DNA of 63,821 nucleotides, the filler included, from Octopus bimaculoides (taxonomy: Eukaryota), in assembly GCF_001194135.2 (NCBI RefSeq). It is 5 parts of 5 records of this genome, joined end to end, with 100 filler letters (N's around TTAATTAATTAA, not from the genome) between each part and the next. Parts side by side here need not be neighbours in the genome. Positions count along the whole stretch, not along the records: positions 61,158 to 63,821 come from NW_026321432.1; 4 more parts are not named here. One strand, given 5' to 3'. The position numbers and the translations under genes are program-made. Below, piece after piece: positions 63,326 through 63,821 of this stretch. A model generated the notes under the pieces. It saw nothing but the letters and a program-made list of their open reading frames with translations, was not told where the DNA came from and made no database searches. Each line of letters opens with the position of its first letter. Positions within the stretch are counted from its first letter, which is position 1.

Positions 63326-63821
63326 NNNNNNNNNNNNNNNNNNNNNNNNNNNNNNNNNNNNNNNNNNNNNNNNNNNNNNNNNNNNNNNNNNNNNNNNNNN
63401 NNNNNNNNNNNNNNNNNNNNNNNNNNNNNNNNNNNNNNNNNNNNNNNNNNNNNNNNNNNNNNNNNNNNNNNNNNNNNNNNNNNNNNNNNNNNNNNNNNNN
63501 NNNNNNNNNNNNNNNNNNNNNNNNNNNNNNNNNNNNNNNNNNNNNNNNNNNNATGCCTGCACCTATTTATTCACTATGTTTTGAATTTATCATACATTTT
63601 CTTGTAGCTTTAAGATTTCAAAGATGTGATTGTTTAATTCTGCAATGACATTGTAGGGGTTAGCAGCTGGATCTGGTCAGTATGAACATAAAAAAGGGGT
63701 ATACTATTTGGGTCAGATATGGCCAATGTAACCCTTTAGCTATGCTTATTTATCCACATTGTTTTGAATTAATCCTGCATTATCTCATAGCTTTGAGATT
63801 TTCATGGTGTGATTGCTTATG

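Overview
Eukaryotic, AT-rich, microsatellite-laden and gappy genomic DNA. The SINE/LINE repertoire and (TA)n/(CA)n/(CAT)n density look like an octopus (coleoid cephalopod) draft scaffold; this is inferred, not proven. The only gene I can identify with confidence is EXOSC9/RRP45, an RNA exosome PH-ring subunit. Six coding exons lie on the + strand between 2441 and 19119. The first coding exon and the 3' exons are not visible, and the gene stops at an artificial 44N-TTAATTAATTAA-44N join. The rest is mostly transposon debris: tRNA-headed SINEs, RTE and restriction-endonuclease-type LINE fragments, a Penelope-like element, a dead piggyBac with nested insertions, and several Tc1/mariner derivatives. 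Nearly all ORFs in the supplied track are microsatellite or N-gap artefacts. The best leads are two minimal hammerhead-ribozyme motifs (one sense in an EXOSC9 intron, one beside a 233-bp palindrome), a 140-bp intronic hairpin, a fold-back mariner MITE, inverted SINE pairs, and an 11-nt microexon plus other candidate exons of an unidentified minus-strand gene at about 19.5-42.5 kb. Repeat boundaries are approximate and family names come from motif recognition only.
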